DNA from: an uncultured virus (IMG/VR IMGVR_UViG_3300025652_000051)
Lineage: Duplodnaviria; Heunggongvirae; Uroviricota; Caudoviricetes
Direction: 5' to 3' (one strand)
IMG/VR virus record: IMGVR_UViG_3300025652_000051
Length of the DNA: 20,000 bases
Shown here: piece after piece, positions 9,225 through 16,582 of the stretch
Numbering within the stretch: the stretch's first letter is position 1
How the letters are laid out: each line of letters begins with the position of its first letter
Position numbers and translations under genes: made by a program
Notes under the pieces: model-generated
Told to the model about the DNA's origin: nothing
The model's input: the letters and a program-made list of their open reading frames with translations, nothing else
Database searches by the model: none

Positions 9225-10049
9225 ATGGATAAACAAATAAAAATTAAGCATTTAGCAGACTACCACAATTGGGAACGTGTAAATGATTGTATTCCTAAAG
9301 GCGTTTACGCAGGGGCTTTACCCTTCGAGGATGGTTATGTGGCCGCTTGTAGGGTTGGTAACGTAGGCTTTGAAGATAAAATTCATGCGGTGACTTATGA
9401 CTCAAATTTAAATTTATTAACCTCAGAAGAGGTTTGTAAAGGCGAGGATCCTAGGGGCTTTCTATTAAATGAAATTCCTTTTGCTCTTTTCTGGTCTCCA
9501 AGACTCGCTTCTCGATTTGCTGATTTCCCGATGTCCTACAGTCTTGTTAACCTTAAGACTAAGCAGGTTGTAGATCTTTCCATAGACGGTGTGAAAGAAA
9601 CTCGAATGGAGGTTCTAGGTAAAAATTGGATGCCTCTGGTTAAAGACGGTGAGTTGTTTATAGTTGTTTCGATAGAGCCTAGAATTTGTGTTTTAAAGGT
9701 AAATGTAGACAACGGTATTTGTAATTGGTTAGAGGGCTTTGCTCCTGTAGGTAACATAGAAGTTACACATAGTAGAGGAGGAACTCCGTTTGTTTATAAT
9801 GAAACTCTTGAAAGGTATGTTGGATTTGGGCATAGGACATACTCTACTACTCATCATAACATATATTTTTACACCATAAGTAAAGACTTTGATGATGTTT
9901 ATATCGGCCCCGATATTAATACGGGTAAGGGTTGCGTGCAGGATCCTATGTCTATTTTTACGAAAAATGGTAAGACTTTCTTTACCGTTGGTCGATGGAA
10001 TTTCCCTAACGAAGGTGAAATGGGTATTTACGAACTAATTATTGATTAA
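9225..10049 (+). CDS. Beta-propeller glycosidase/phosphorylase-like protein (GH130/GH43-like)
   Basis: GEDPR, KNWMP, RGGTP, QDP motifs, beta-rich repeats. Confidence 0.55.
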   Translation: MDKQIKIKHLADYHNWERVNDCIPKGVYAGALPFEDGYVAACRVGNVGFEDKIHAVTYDSNLNLLTSEEVCKGEDPRGFLLNEIPFALFWSPRLASRFADFPMSYSLVNLKTKQVVDLSIDGVKETRMEVLGKNWMPLVKDGELFIVVSIEPRICVLKVNVDNGICNWLEGFAPVGNIEVTHSRGGTPFVYNETLERYVGFGHRTYSTTHHNIYFYTISKDFDDVYIGPDINTGKGCVQDPMSIFTKNGKTFFTVGRWNFPNEGEMGIYELIID

Positions 10050-10050
10050 A

Positions 10051-11010
10051 ATGAAGACTATATTAATTTGTGGCGGAGCGGGATTTATAGGTCATCACCT
10101 TGCTCGTAAGTTGAAGTCTGAGGGTCATTATGTGGTTGTGGCTGATATAAAGACTCGTAATGAATACTGCGAGGATAATGAATACTGCCATCAGTATTTA
10201 CAGTTGGACCTGTGTAAGGATGATAGTTGGGCTGCTATCCATGATCAGTTTAAGGAGTTTGATGAGGTATACCAACTAGCAGCCGACATGGGAGGAGCGG
10301 GTTATATCTTTACGGGGGATAATGATGCAAACGTAATGACTAACTCGTCATTAGTAAACTTGCATTGTGTTCAGTTTGCTACTAAATGGAAGGCTAAGGT
10401 GTTCTACTCCAGTTCTGCTTGCATGTACCCCAGCCACAATCAGGAAGATCCAAATAATCCTAATTGTAAAGAAGACTCTGCATACCCCGCTAACCCAGAT
10501 TCGGAGTATGGGTGGGAGAAGTTATTCAGCGAGAGACTTTATCTTGCTGCGGCTAGGAACTATGGCCTAGATGTTAGAGTAGCTAGGTTCCATAACATCT
10601 TTGGTCCTGAAGGAATTTATGACGGGGGTAAGGAGAAAGCTCCTGCTGCTTTGTGTCGTAAGGTTGCTAAGTCTGAAGGCAGTATTGAAGTGTGGGGTCC
10701 AGGAACTCAGACTCGCTCCTTCCTCTTCATTGATGAGTGCATAGAGGCAGTTCAAAGATTAATGGAATCAGATTTTAAAGATCCAGTAAATATAGGTTCC
10801 GATGAGATGATATCAATTAATGATCTTGCTAAAATGGTTATTGAAATATCAGGTAAAAGGTGTATTATTAACAACATCGAAGGCCCTTTAGGTGTGATGG
10901 GTAGGAATTCAGACAATGAGCTTATTCAAGATAAGCTTGGATGGTCTCCCTCCATGCCCCTTCGAGACGGTATTCAGAAAACATACGAATGGATTAGTAA
11001 TGAACTTTAA
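10051..11010 (+). CDS. GDP-mannose 3,5-epimerase-like NAD-dependent epimerase
   Basis: GGAGFIG, QLAADMGGAGYI, SSACMYP, YGWEK, RFHNIFGP, GGKEKAPAALCRK, VMGRNSDN, all diagnostic of the GME subfamily. ATG 10051 follows the upstream stop at 10049. Confidence 0.88.
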   Translation: MKTILICGGAGFIGHHLARKLKSEGHYVVVADIKTRNEYCEDNEYCHQYLQLDLCKDDSWAAIHDQFKEFDEVYQLAADMGGAGYIFTGDNDANVMTNSSLVNLHCVQFATKWKAKVFYSSSACMYPSHNQEDPNNPNCKEDSAYPANPDSEYGWEKLFSERLYLAAARNYGLDVRVARFHNIFGPEGIYDGGKEKAPAALCRKVAKSEGSIEVWGPGTQTRSFLFIDECIEAVQRLMESDFKDPVNIGSDEMISINDLAKMVIEISGKRCIINNIEGPLGVMGRNSDNELIQDKLGWSPSMPLRDGIQKTYEWISNEL

Positions 11011-11344
11011 CGAATTTCAACAAGAATGTACCCGCACTGCTAACCCTAACATCAGTCGCCAGGACGCAAACCTTAATTGGGCTTTGGGGATTGCAGGGGA
11101 AGCTGGAGAATACTGTGAGCTTATTAAAAAGCACACATTCCACGGGAAGGATCTAGATTTAGATGCCGCTAAGAAGGAGCTAGGAGACGTTCTATTCTAC
11201 GTTGCCATGGCTGCTAAGAATCTACACCTTAGTTTAGAAGAGGTTGCTAAAGCCAACCTACAGAAGCTGAGAGCTAGGTATCCTAGAGGGTTTGAAGAAG
11301 GCGGTGGCATCCGCAACAACGATAAAGATAACGATGGGTGTTAA
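11000..11344 (+). CDS. mazG: MazG-like nucleoside triphosphate pyrophosphohydrolase
   Basis: LGIAGEAGEYCELIKK...KELGDVLFYVA...NLQKLRARYP. Start at ATG 11000 overlapping the epimerase end. Confidence 0.85.
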   Translation: MNFNEFQQECTRTANPNISRQDANLNWALGIAGEAGEYCELIKKHTFHGKDLDLDAAKKELGDVLFYVAMAAKNLHLSLEEVAKANLQKLRARYPRGFEEGGGIRNNDKDNDGC

Positions 11345-11526
11345 ATCGCCCTATTTCGATTTCGTTTTAAGTGATTGATCGTATCGTCTAGCTCGTAACT
11401 CAAAGTTTCAATCTCTTTGTCGTATTTGCTTTTGTAATACCCTTCGGAGTAATCATCAGGGACATCATATTCGTTGTTCTTGATTTTATCAATTCTCTGC
11501 AACAGGTCCTCTTGGTCTTTGGGCAT
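11341..11526 (-). CDS. Hypothetical 61-aa protein
   Basis: ATG start with GGAG upstream on the minus strand. Follows the 88-aa minus-strand ORF and converges on mazG with a shared TTAA. Confidence 0.55.
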   Translation of the reverse strand: MPKDQEDLLQRIDKIKNNEYDVPDDYSEGYYKSKYDKEIETLSYELDDTINHLKRNRNRAI

Positions 11527-11538
11527 TGTGGTTAACTC

Positions 11539-11805
11539 CTAAATTTTACTCCAAGCAACTCCCAAAGAGGAGAGCAGTGAGAAGATCATACCCCAGAAGA
11601 GCCATCCCTGCTTCCAGGTTCTCTTGTCTAAGGTATCCAATATCTTTTTATGCTCTACATGAGAGATATTGCAGTCCTCTAGCTTTTCTAGAATTTCCTC
11701 CTGTTGCTTGCTTAACTCTATTTGAAGTTCAATAGCTTTAGCATGAATCTCTAATTGTTGATTGAGATCTGCTCTAGTCACAGCATCGTTTGGATTTTCG
11801 GCCAT
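11539..11805 (-). CDS. Coiled-coil protein with a C-terminal transmembrane helix (XhlA/holin-like architecture)
   Basis: Heptad-rich N-terminal part, then GWLFWGMIFSLLSSLGVAW. Confidence 0.6.
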   Translation of the reverse strand: MAENPNDAVTRADLNQQLEIHAKAIELQIELSKQQEEILEKLEDCNISHVEHKKILDTLDKRTWKQGWLFWGMIFSLLSSLGVAWSKI

Positions 11806-11816
11806 TGGTGTATTAA

Positions 11817-11824
11817 TATTTATG
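11817..11824 (-). promoter_or_regulatory. T4 late-promoter-like element
   Basis: CATAAATA on the minus strand (7/8 match to TATAAATA), 11 nt before ATG 11805. Confidence 0.35.
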
Positions 11825-11865
11825 CCTATTCTTCAACTTTTCGTAGTAAAATGATTATCAACTAG

Positions 11866-11871
11866 TATAGT
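11866..11871 (+). promoter_or_regulatory. -10 box, leaderless-type
   Basis: TATAGT-7 nt-ATG(11879), no SD. Confidence 0.5.
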
Positions 11872-11878
11872 TTAACAC

Positions 11879-12376
11879 ATGAACATATTCGTCCTACATA
11901 CAGACCCTATGATTGCCGCTCAGATGCATTGTGACAAGCATTGCGTAAAGATGATCCTTGAGACTGCACAGATGCTCTCTACTGCTCATCATGTGTACGA
12001 GACACCAGAAGCGGACAAGGTCTACAAGAAAGCTCACCTTAACCATCCTTGCACTAAGTGGATCCGTGAATCTAAGGCTAACTACACTTGGGCCTTTGAT
12101 CTATACTTCGCTCTTCTGTTAGAGTTTAGGAGTCGTAGAGGCAAGAGTCATAAGTCGGCAGAACTTATGCATTACTTATTTAAGGTTCCTAAGGATATGC
12201 CCGACGTTGGCCTTACTCCTTTCGCACAAGCTATGCCTGACGAGTACAAGAGATCGTGCCCTGTAGAGGCTTACAGGGCTTACTACCAGGGCGATAAGGC
12301 TAGTATTGCAGAGTGGAACTGGGGTACTCCTGCTCCTGCATGGTTCAATAAATTAACATGCGTTAATTCCGCGTAA
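11879..12376 (+). CDS. Pyrimidine-dimer DNA glycosylase / endonuclease V-like protein
   Basis: MNIF.L...AAQMHCDKHCVKMILETAQMLST, HLNHPCTKW, FAQAMPDEYK, VEAYRAYY signature. Confidence 0.72.
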   Translation: MNIFVLHTDPMIAAQMHCDKHCVKMILETAQMLSTAHHVYETPEADKVYKKAHLNHPCTKWIRESKANYTWAFDLYFALLLEFRSRRGKSHKSAELMHYLFKVPKDMPDVGLTPFAQAMPDEYKRSCPVEAYRAYYQGDKASIAEWNWGTPAPAWFNKLTCVNSA

Positions 12377-12380
12377 AGGC

Positions 12381-12386
12381 TATAAT
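12381..12386 (+). promoter_or_regulatory. -10 box, leaderless-type
   Basis: ggcTATAAT-6 nt-ATG(12393). ATGCGT lies 17 nt upstream as a possible -35. Confidence 0.6.
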
Positions 12387-12392
12387 GTCTAT

Positions 12393-13397
12393 ATGAATAT
12401 TGATGTCTTAAATAAGCTTAAGGGTAAAGCAACTCTAAGCGACGAGCCAATTGCTGAGTTTATTTCAACAGGATGTTACGCTCTTAACAGAGTTCTTACA
12501 GGGCTTTACGATAAAGGATTGCCGGTAGGAGGTATCCTTCAACTGCAAGGTAATTCAAGCACTGGCAAAACCTTGTTTGCTACTACCTTCCTAACAGCCG
12601 CTCAAAAAGAAGGCTGGTATGTTAAGCTTCTTGATGCGGAAAATACTTTTTCTAAGGATTTCGGGTCTAAGCTTGGTGTAAATTCAGATACTCTTTTGTA
12701 CTCGTGTCCTGAAACTCTTGAACAAGCGTTCAATGATGTTGTTGATACCATTGATGACATCAGACAACACGATAAGAAGACTCCTATATTACTGGTTATT
12801 GATTCTGTAGCTGTATTAGCTACTGATGAGGAATTAAGTAGAGATAAGATAGGTAACACCTCGGTGACGGATGGTGCTAGAAGAGCACTTGTATTCGGAT
12901 CTATGCTTAGGAAAGTTAATACTGTTCTTAAAAAGAACAGAGCAACTCTGGTGGTCATTAACCAGATACGAAGTAAGATTAATGTAATGTATGGTAACCC
13001 TGAAACTACTGCTGCTGGAGGTAAGGCGTTAGAGTTTTATCTTTCGGCTGACATGAAGTGTAAGTCTAATAAGACTAGTGATGTTGTTAAGGATGAGGAC
13101 AAGAAGCCTAAAGGTATTGTAGGTGAAGTTCAGATAGTTAAGAATAAATTAGGTGTTCCTTTTCAGCAATGTGCTTTTAGAGTCTTGTTTGATAAAGGTC
13201 TAGATCCATATTATGGACTTGAGGAACTTCTCAAGGAAGATGGTCTGATTGAGATCTCTTCATCAGGTAGAAGATCAGTTGGAGACATCGGCTTTAAGAA
13301 GAATACTTTGTCTGAGCTATTATTCAATACTACCTCATCCAATCCTGAGCTAGATAAGATTAGAAGTATGTTTGGTATAAAGAGTAAGACACTATGA
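12393..13397 (+). CDS. uvsX: RecA/UvsX recombinase
   Basis: ISTG, Walker A GNSSTGKT, LDAE, Walker B LVIDSV, INQIR, YGNPETTAAGGKALEFY, VKNK. Confidence 0.92.
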   Translation: MNIDVLNKLKGKATLSDEPIAEFISTGCYALNRVLTGLYDKGLPVGGILQLQGNSSTGKTLFATTFLTAAQKEGWYVKLLDAENTFSKDFGSKLGVNSDTLLYSCPETLEQAFNDVVDTIDDIRQHDKKTPILLVIDSVAVLATDEELSRDKIGNTSVTDGARRALVFGSMLRKVNTVLKKNRATLVVINQIRSKINVMYGNPETTAAGGKALEFYLSADMKCKSNKTSDVVKDEDKKPKGIVGEVQIVKNKLGVPFQQCAFRVLFDKGLDPYYGLEELLKEDGLIEISSSGRRSVGDIGFKKNTLSELLFNTTSSNPELDKIRSMFGIKSKTL

Positions 13398-13609
13398 TTA
13401 ATATCGAAGACAGGTTAAGTATTGTAATCGACGAGGCTATGAAGAAGCAGCTTTCAAACAGGAATGATGTAAATGCTCCCTTCATGGATATAGAAGACTA
13501 CAAGAAAAAGACTAGAAAAAGGTTTAGAATGACTAAGGCTCAAAGAGATAGTGGGCTTACTAGAGAGCAAGCCTTCCAGGAATACATGGAAAAACTAATG
13601 GATAAATAA
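13394..13609 (+). CDS. Hypothetical protein
   Basis: ATGA overlap with uvsX and TAATG coupling to the next gene. Confidence 0.7.
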   Translation: MINIEDRLSIVIDEAMKKQLSNRNDVNAPFMDIEDYKKKTRKRFRMTKAQRDSGLTREQAFQEYMEKLMDK

Positions 13610-13821
13610 TGCATTTTATACTTAAAAGAATTGGCTTGTTTATTTACGGGACTCTATCAATTTTAGAGTCTTCGATAAACATGTTGCTTTACGTTACGTT
13701 CTTAGATACTGTTGTAACTCCTGTAGATTGGGCTTTCCCTTTCTACTTTAAATACGTCGATCAACTACTGAAGGGTAATTACCTGTCTAACTTAAAAGAT
13801 AACCATGGGAAAGACATTTAG
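13609..13821 (+). CDS. Small predicted membrane protein
   Basis: Hydrophobic N-terminal two-thirds, translationally coupled. Confidence 0.6.
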   Translation: MHFILKRIGLFIYGTLSILESSINMLLYVTFLDTVVTPVDWAFPFYFKYVDQLLKGNYLSNLKDNHGKDI

Positions 13822-14017
13822 AAGAGAGAAAAGCTTTACCCCTAAGGCGGGAAAGCTACATACACATAGGGACCTTCCTGATATTCAAGAGGGTCTTTAC
13901 GACGATGATGATTTGTCGTTGGATGATGAGGATTATTTTTATGGCGAATTACATACTAAAAAACAAACTATGGTCAGACGAGAAGATGAATCGTCTGGTA
14001 AAGTCGATAAAGGATAA
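13805..14017 (+). CDS. Hypothetical protein, basic N-terminus and acidic core
   Basis: MGKTFRR start overlapping the previous stop region. Overlaps the next gene by 77 nt. Confidence 0.5.
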   Translation: MGKTFRREKSFTPKAGKLHTHRDLPDIQEGLYDDDDLSLDDEDYFYGELHTKKQTMVRREDESSGKVDKG

Positions 14018-14339
14018 CGCAATTTCCGATAGGAAGTCTGCTTCTGAGTTATTTAATGAGTGTAAGGAAGCCCTAACTGAGTTAGGGGGAAGGGTACATT
14101 TTGATGATCAGGGTAATGCGTCTGTAGATGCATTTACAAAGATTATTTCCACTTCCACTCAAGCATTGAATCAAATGGGGACTGCCAATGAAAAGCTTTT
14201 AAAGCTGGCGCAGACCATGCAGAAGTATCAACTAAAAGAGATGGATTTGGAGAATAAATCTGGTCCTGGTTCACAAGAGTTGAAGGGATCTGTGTTTAGT
14301 AACCTAACTTCAATGTTACATAAAAACGATAATGCCTAG
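13941..14339 (+). CDS. Helical hypothetical protein (weak small-terminase-like pattern)
   Basis: ATG 13941 with GAGGA upstream. Two long amphipathic helices. Coupled to the Clp gene. Confidence 0.6.
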   Translation: MANYILKNKLWSDEKMNRLVKSIKDNAISDRKSASELFNECKEALTELGGRVHFDDQGNASVDAFTKIISTSTQALNQMGTANEKLLKLAQTMQKYQLKEMDLENKSGPGSQELKGSVFSNLTSMLHKNDNA

Positions 14340-15726
14340 AAAACCCAACAGTATTAAAGCTTACTCATCTGAATTAAACTCTATTATTCACGTTAGAAGA
14401 CTTACTGAAAAGCAATTAGAAAAGGTATATAACAAGCTTAAGAAGTTTATAAAAACTTCTGAATCTGGTAAGTTTAATTTCGTAAGCTATGTTAAGATAG
14501 TTATAGTTGATTGCTTAACACCTTCCGAACAGAAGACGTTTATTGCTAGAGTAGCTGAGGTTCAGGATTTAAAGGATAGTATTAGTGATCCATTGTTGGA
14601 ATATAAGCTATTAGGGGCTTACTACCAGACGATCTCTGAATACTATCCCGAGTTTAGAATTGAGCATGTTTGTTACGACATAAACGAGCTTATTCCTGAT
14701 TCTGTTATATTAGATTCTATTATTAGGGACGCGAAGCAGGATCCTGAATTCCAGAAGAAGATAGAGGAGAATTTACCTAAGCCTAAACCTAAACAAAAGC
14801 CTTCACCTCCTACGAACAAGTATAATCTAAAGACCATAGAAGATATTAATAACTTGGATAAGTTCTTGAAAAAGAACATTGTGGGCCAAGACGAGGCGAT
14901 ACAAACCGTATGCAACTCTATAAAGTTAAGAGCCGCTAAGTTTAGTAGCCATGTTAATCTATTCTTCATCGGAAAGACTGGTAGAGGTAAGACTCAACTT
15001 GCTAGAAAGCTTGGAGAGAAGTTTTCTCCTAACTTTTGGGTTATTAACTGTGCTGAGTTTACAAATGGACATGAGGTATCTAAAATCCTAGGCTCTCCTC
15101 CAGGTTACATAGGGCATTCTGAGTCTTCAATAATGAAGGAAAAGGCCGAGAAGTCTAACAGGTGGACGATTGTTTTTGATGAGATTGAGAAAGCACACTC
15201 GAAATTCTTTAATATACTTTTGAGTCTTTTGGACACTGGTACAGTTACCGATAATTCAGGCAATGAAATAGACTTTACAGATTCTATGTTTGTTATGACC
15301 TCTAACTGTGGATTGAAAGACTTGAAAACTAATCTACTTGGATTTGGGGGATCTGCCACTGCCGATGGTCACAAAGAGGAAATCATGAAGTCTTTGGAAA
15401 GAGAGTTCTCTCCTGAGTTCAGAGGTAGAATAGATGACTTTGTGTTCTTTAATGACCTTAACGATTCTAACATTAAGGATATTGCTAAGATGACCCTCGC
15501 TAAGTATCCTGTGAAGTCTACTCCTGAGTTGCTAAATCATATAGTTAGCAAAGGTTATAGCGATGAGTTTGGTGCTAGAGATATTCAAAGGGTCGTTAAA
15601 AATCTAGTTGCACTGCCGCTTGCCGATGAGATATTGTCTAACCGCCATCCTGATGATGGTTCTAGCAAGTATGAAGCTGCTGTTGTGGAAGATAAAGTAG
15701 AGATAATTAACACTATCCCGCTTTAG
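14332..15726 (+). CDS. Single-module Clp/Hsp100 AAA+ ATPase (ClpA/B/C D2-type) with an unrecognised N-terminal domain
   Basis: IVGQDEAI, Walker A GKTGRGKT, pore loop GSPPGYIG, Walker B VFDEIEKAH, TSN, LGF loop, FSPEFRGRID, GAR sensor 2. Confidence 0.88.
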   Translation: MPRKPNSIKAYSSELNSIIHVRRLTEKQLEKVYNKLKKFIKTSESGKFNFVSYVKIVIVDCLTPSEQKTFIARVAEVQDLKDSISDPLLEYKLLGAYYQTISEYYPEFRIEHVCYDINELIPDSVILDSIIRDAKQDPEFQKKIEENLPKPKPKQKPSPPTNKYNLKTIEDINNLDKFLKKNIVGQDEAIQTVCNSIKLRAAKFSSHVNLFFIGKTGRGKTQLARKLGEKFSPNFWVINCAEFTNGHEVSKILGSPPGYIGHSESSIMKEKAEKSNRWTIVFDEIEKAHSKFFNILLSLLDTGTVTDNSGNEIDFTDSMFVMTSNCGLKDLKTNLLGFGGSATADGHKEEIMKSLEREFSPEFRGRIDDFVFFNDLNDSNIKDIAKMTLAKYPVKSTPELLNHIVSKGYSDEFGARDIQRVVKNLVALPLADEILSNRHPDDGSSKYEAAVVEDKVEIINTIPL

Positions 15727-15751
15727 GTGTTGTTTTCATCGGAACATGCGC

Positions 15752-15757
15752 TATGAT
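15752..15757 (+). promoter_or_regulatory. -10 box, leaderless-type
   Basis: gcTATGAT-6 nt-ATG(15764), TTGTTT 16 nt upstream. Confidence 0.5.
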
Positions 15758-15763
15758 GGTGGC

Positions 15764-16030
15764 ATGTTAAATGAGCATTCAGAACTTATAACCTATCTTG
15801 GGTATGCTATTGAAAAGTTGCGAGGATTAACTTCCGAGGCTAAACTTAGGAACAAGACTAAGAAAGTAAAAGCGATACTATCCATCTTAACTGTTGTAGA
15901 GGGGAGGATACTAGCCACTCTTCAATACGCAAAGGCGGGAGGATTTTCTTCTAACACATCTTCCGTAGTAATTCAAAAGCACCTATATGATCCCATGATT
16001 GATTGGTTAGGAACGGAACTTAGAAAGTAA
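15764..16030 (+). CDS. Hypothetical protein
   Basis: ORF filling the gap. Start chosen from the -10/ATG spacing pattern (track start 15746). Confidence 0.6.
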   Translation: MLNEHSELITYLGYAIEKLRGLTSEAKLRNKTKKVKAILSILTVVEGRILATLQYAKAGGFSSNTSSVVIQKHLYDPMIDWLGTELRK

Positions 16031-16038
16031 TCATTAGC

Positions 16039-16044
16039 TATAAT
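16039..16044 (+). promoter_or_regulatory. -10 box, leaderless-type
   Basis: gcTATAAT-7 nt-ATG(16052). Confidence 0.55.
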
Positions 16045-16051
16045 ACTGGTG

Positions 16052-16252
16052 ATGAGAATATTGCCAGAGAAGGGTAAATGCCAGTCTTGCGGAGATATAG
16101 ACTTGCTTTACATTTACAATAATGCTAAAACATGTTCAGAGTGTCTAGGAATGGACCGAAGAGGTGTTAGCAGAGAAAGAATATTAAAAGGAAACTTAGG
16201 AAAAAGAAATGACGAAAGCAAATTACGAAAGCCTTGGAAAGGGCGTAGGTAA
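16052..16252 (+). CDS. Small Cys4 zinc-ribbon protein
   Basis: CQSC...CSEC followed by a basic tail. Confidence 0.6.
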   Translation: MRILPEKGKCQSCGDIDLLYIYNNAKTCSECLGMDRRGVSRERILKGNLGKRNDESKLRKPWKGRR

Positions 16253-16532
16253 GCTGGTTGCAGAGAAGCAGTCGGCTTATGGTGATTCATTTGGTAAATC
16301 ACATAAGATATTAAAAGTTCTATACCCTGAAGGAATTAAACCCGACCAGTATATGGACGTTCTTACAATTTGTCGTGTAGTAGATAAATTGTTTAGACTA
16401 GCTACAGACCCTACCTACGGAGATGAAAGTCCTTGGCGTGATATTTGTGGGTATAGTTTACTAAGCATGGGCAAAGACTCTAGGGAGGTGAGCAGAGATG
16501 ATCCTGACCCTTCAGTAAGATTAGATGATTAA
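16209..16532 (+). CDS. All-alpha NTP-pyrophosphatase-superfamily protein (nucleotide modification associated domain 1-like)
   Basis: KQSAYGDSF...RVVDKLFRL...ESPWRDICGYSLL matches the K..YG.SF / DK..R / D...Y pattern. Confidence 0.58.
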   Translation: MTKANYESLGKGVGKLVAEKQSAYGDSFGKSHKILKVLYPEGIKPDQYMDVLTICRVVDKLFRLATDPTYGDESPWRDICGYSLLSMGKDSREVSRDDPDPSVRLDD

Positions 16533-16569
16533 CACTACCTTAAATCCTTCAAAAACTACGATAACAAGC

Positions 16570-16575
16570 TATAAT
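16570..16575 (+). promoter_or_regulatory. -10 box, leaderless-type
   Basis: gcTATAAT-7 nt-ATG(16583). Confidence 0.5.
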
Positions 16576-16582
16576 GGAACAA

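Noticed and set aside
10158..10188. Short direct repeat taatgaatactgc x2 in the epimerase (similar aaaaatggataaa x2 near 9210-9233)
   Set aside because: Two-copy micro-duplications with no spacer array. Not CRISPR or a mobile-element end.
755..16302. Short antisense or nested ORFs in the track (e.g. 755-964, 1526-1813, 11526-11735, 12602-12958, 14673-14969, 15105-15359)
   Set aside because: Shadow frames of well-supported genes, with no RBS or motifs.
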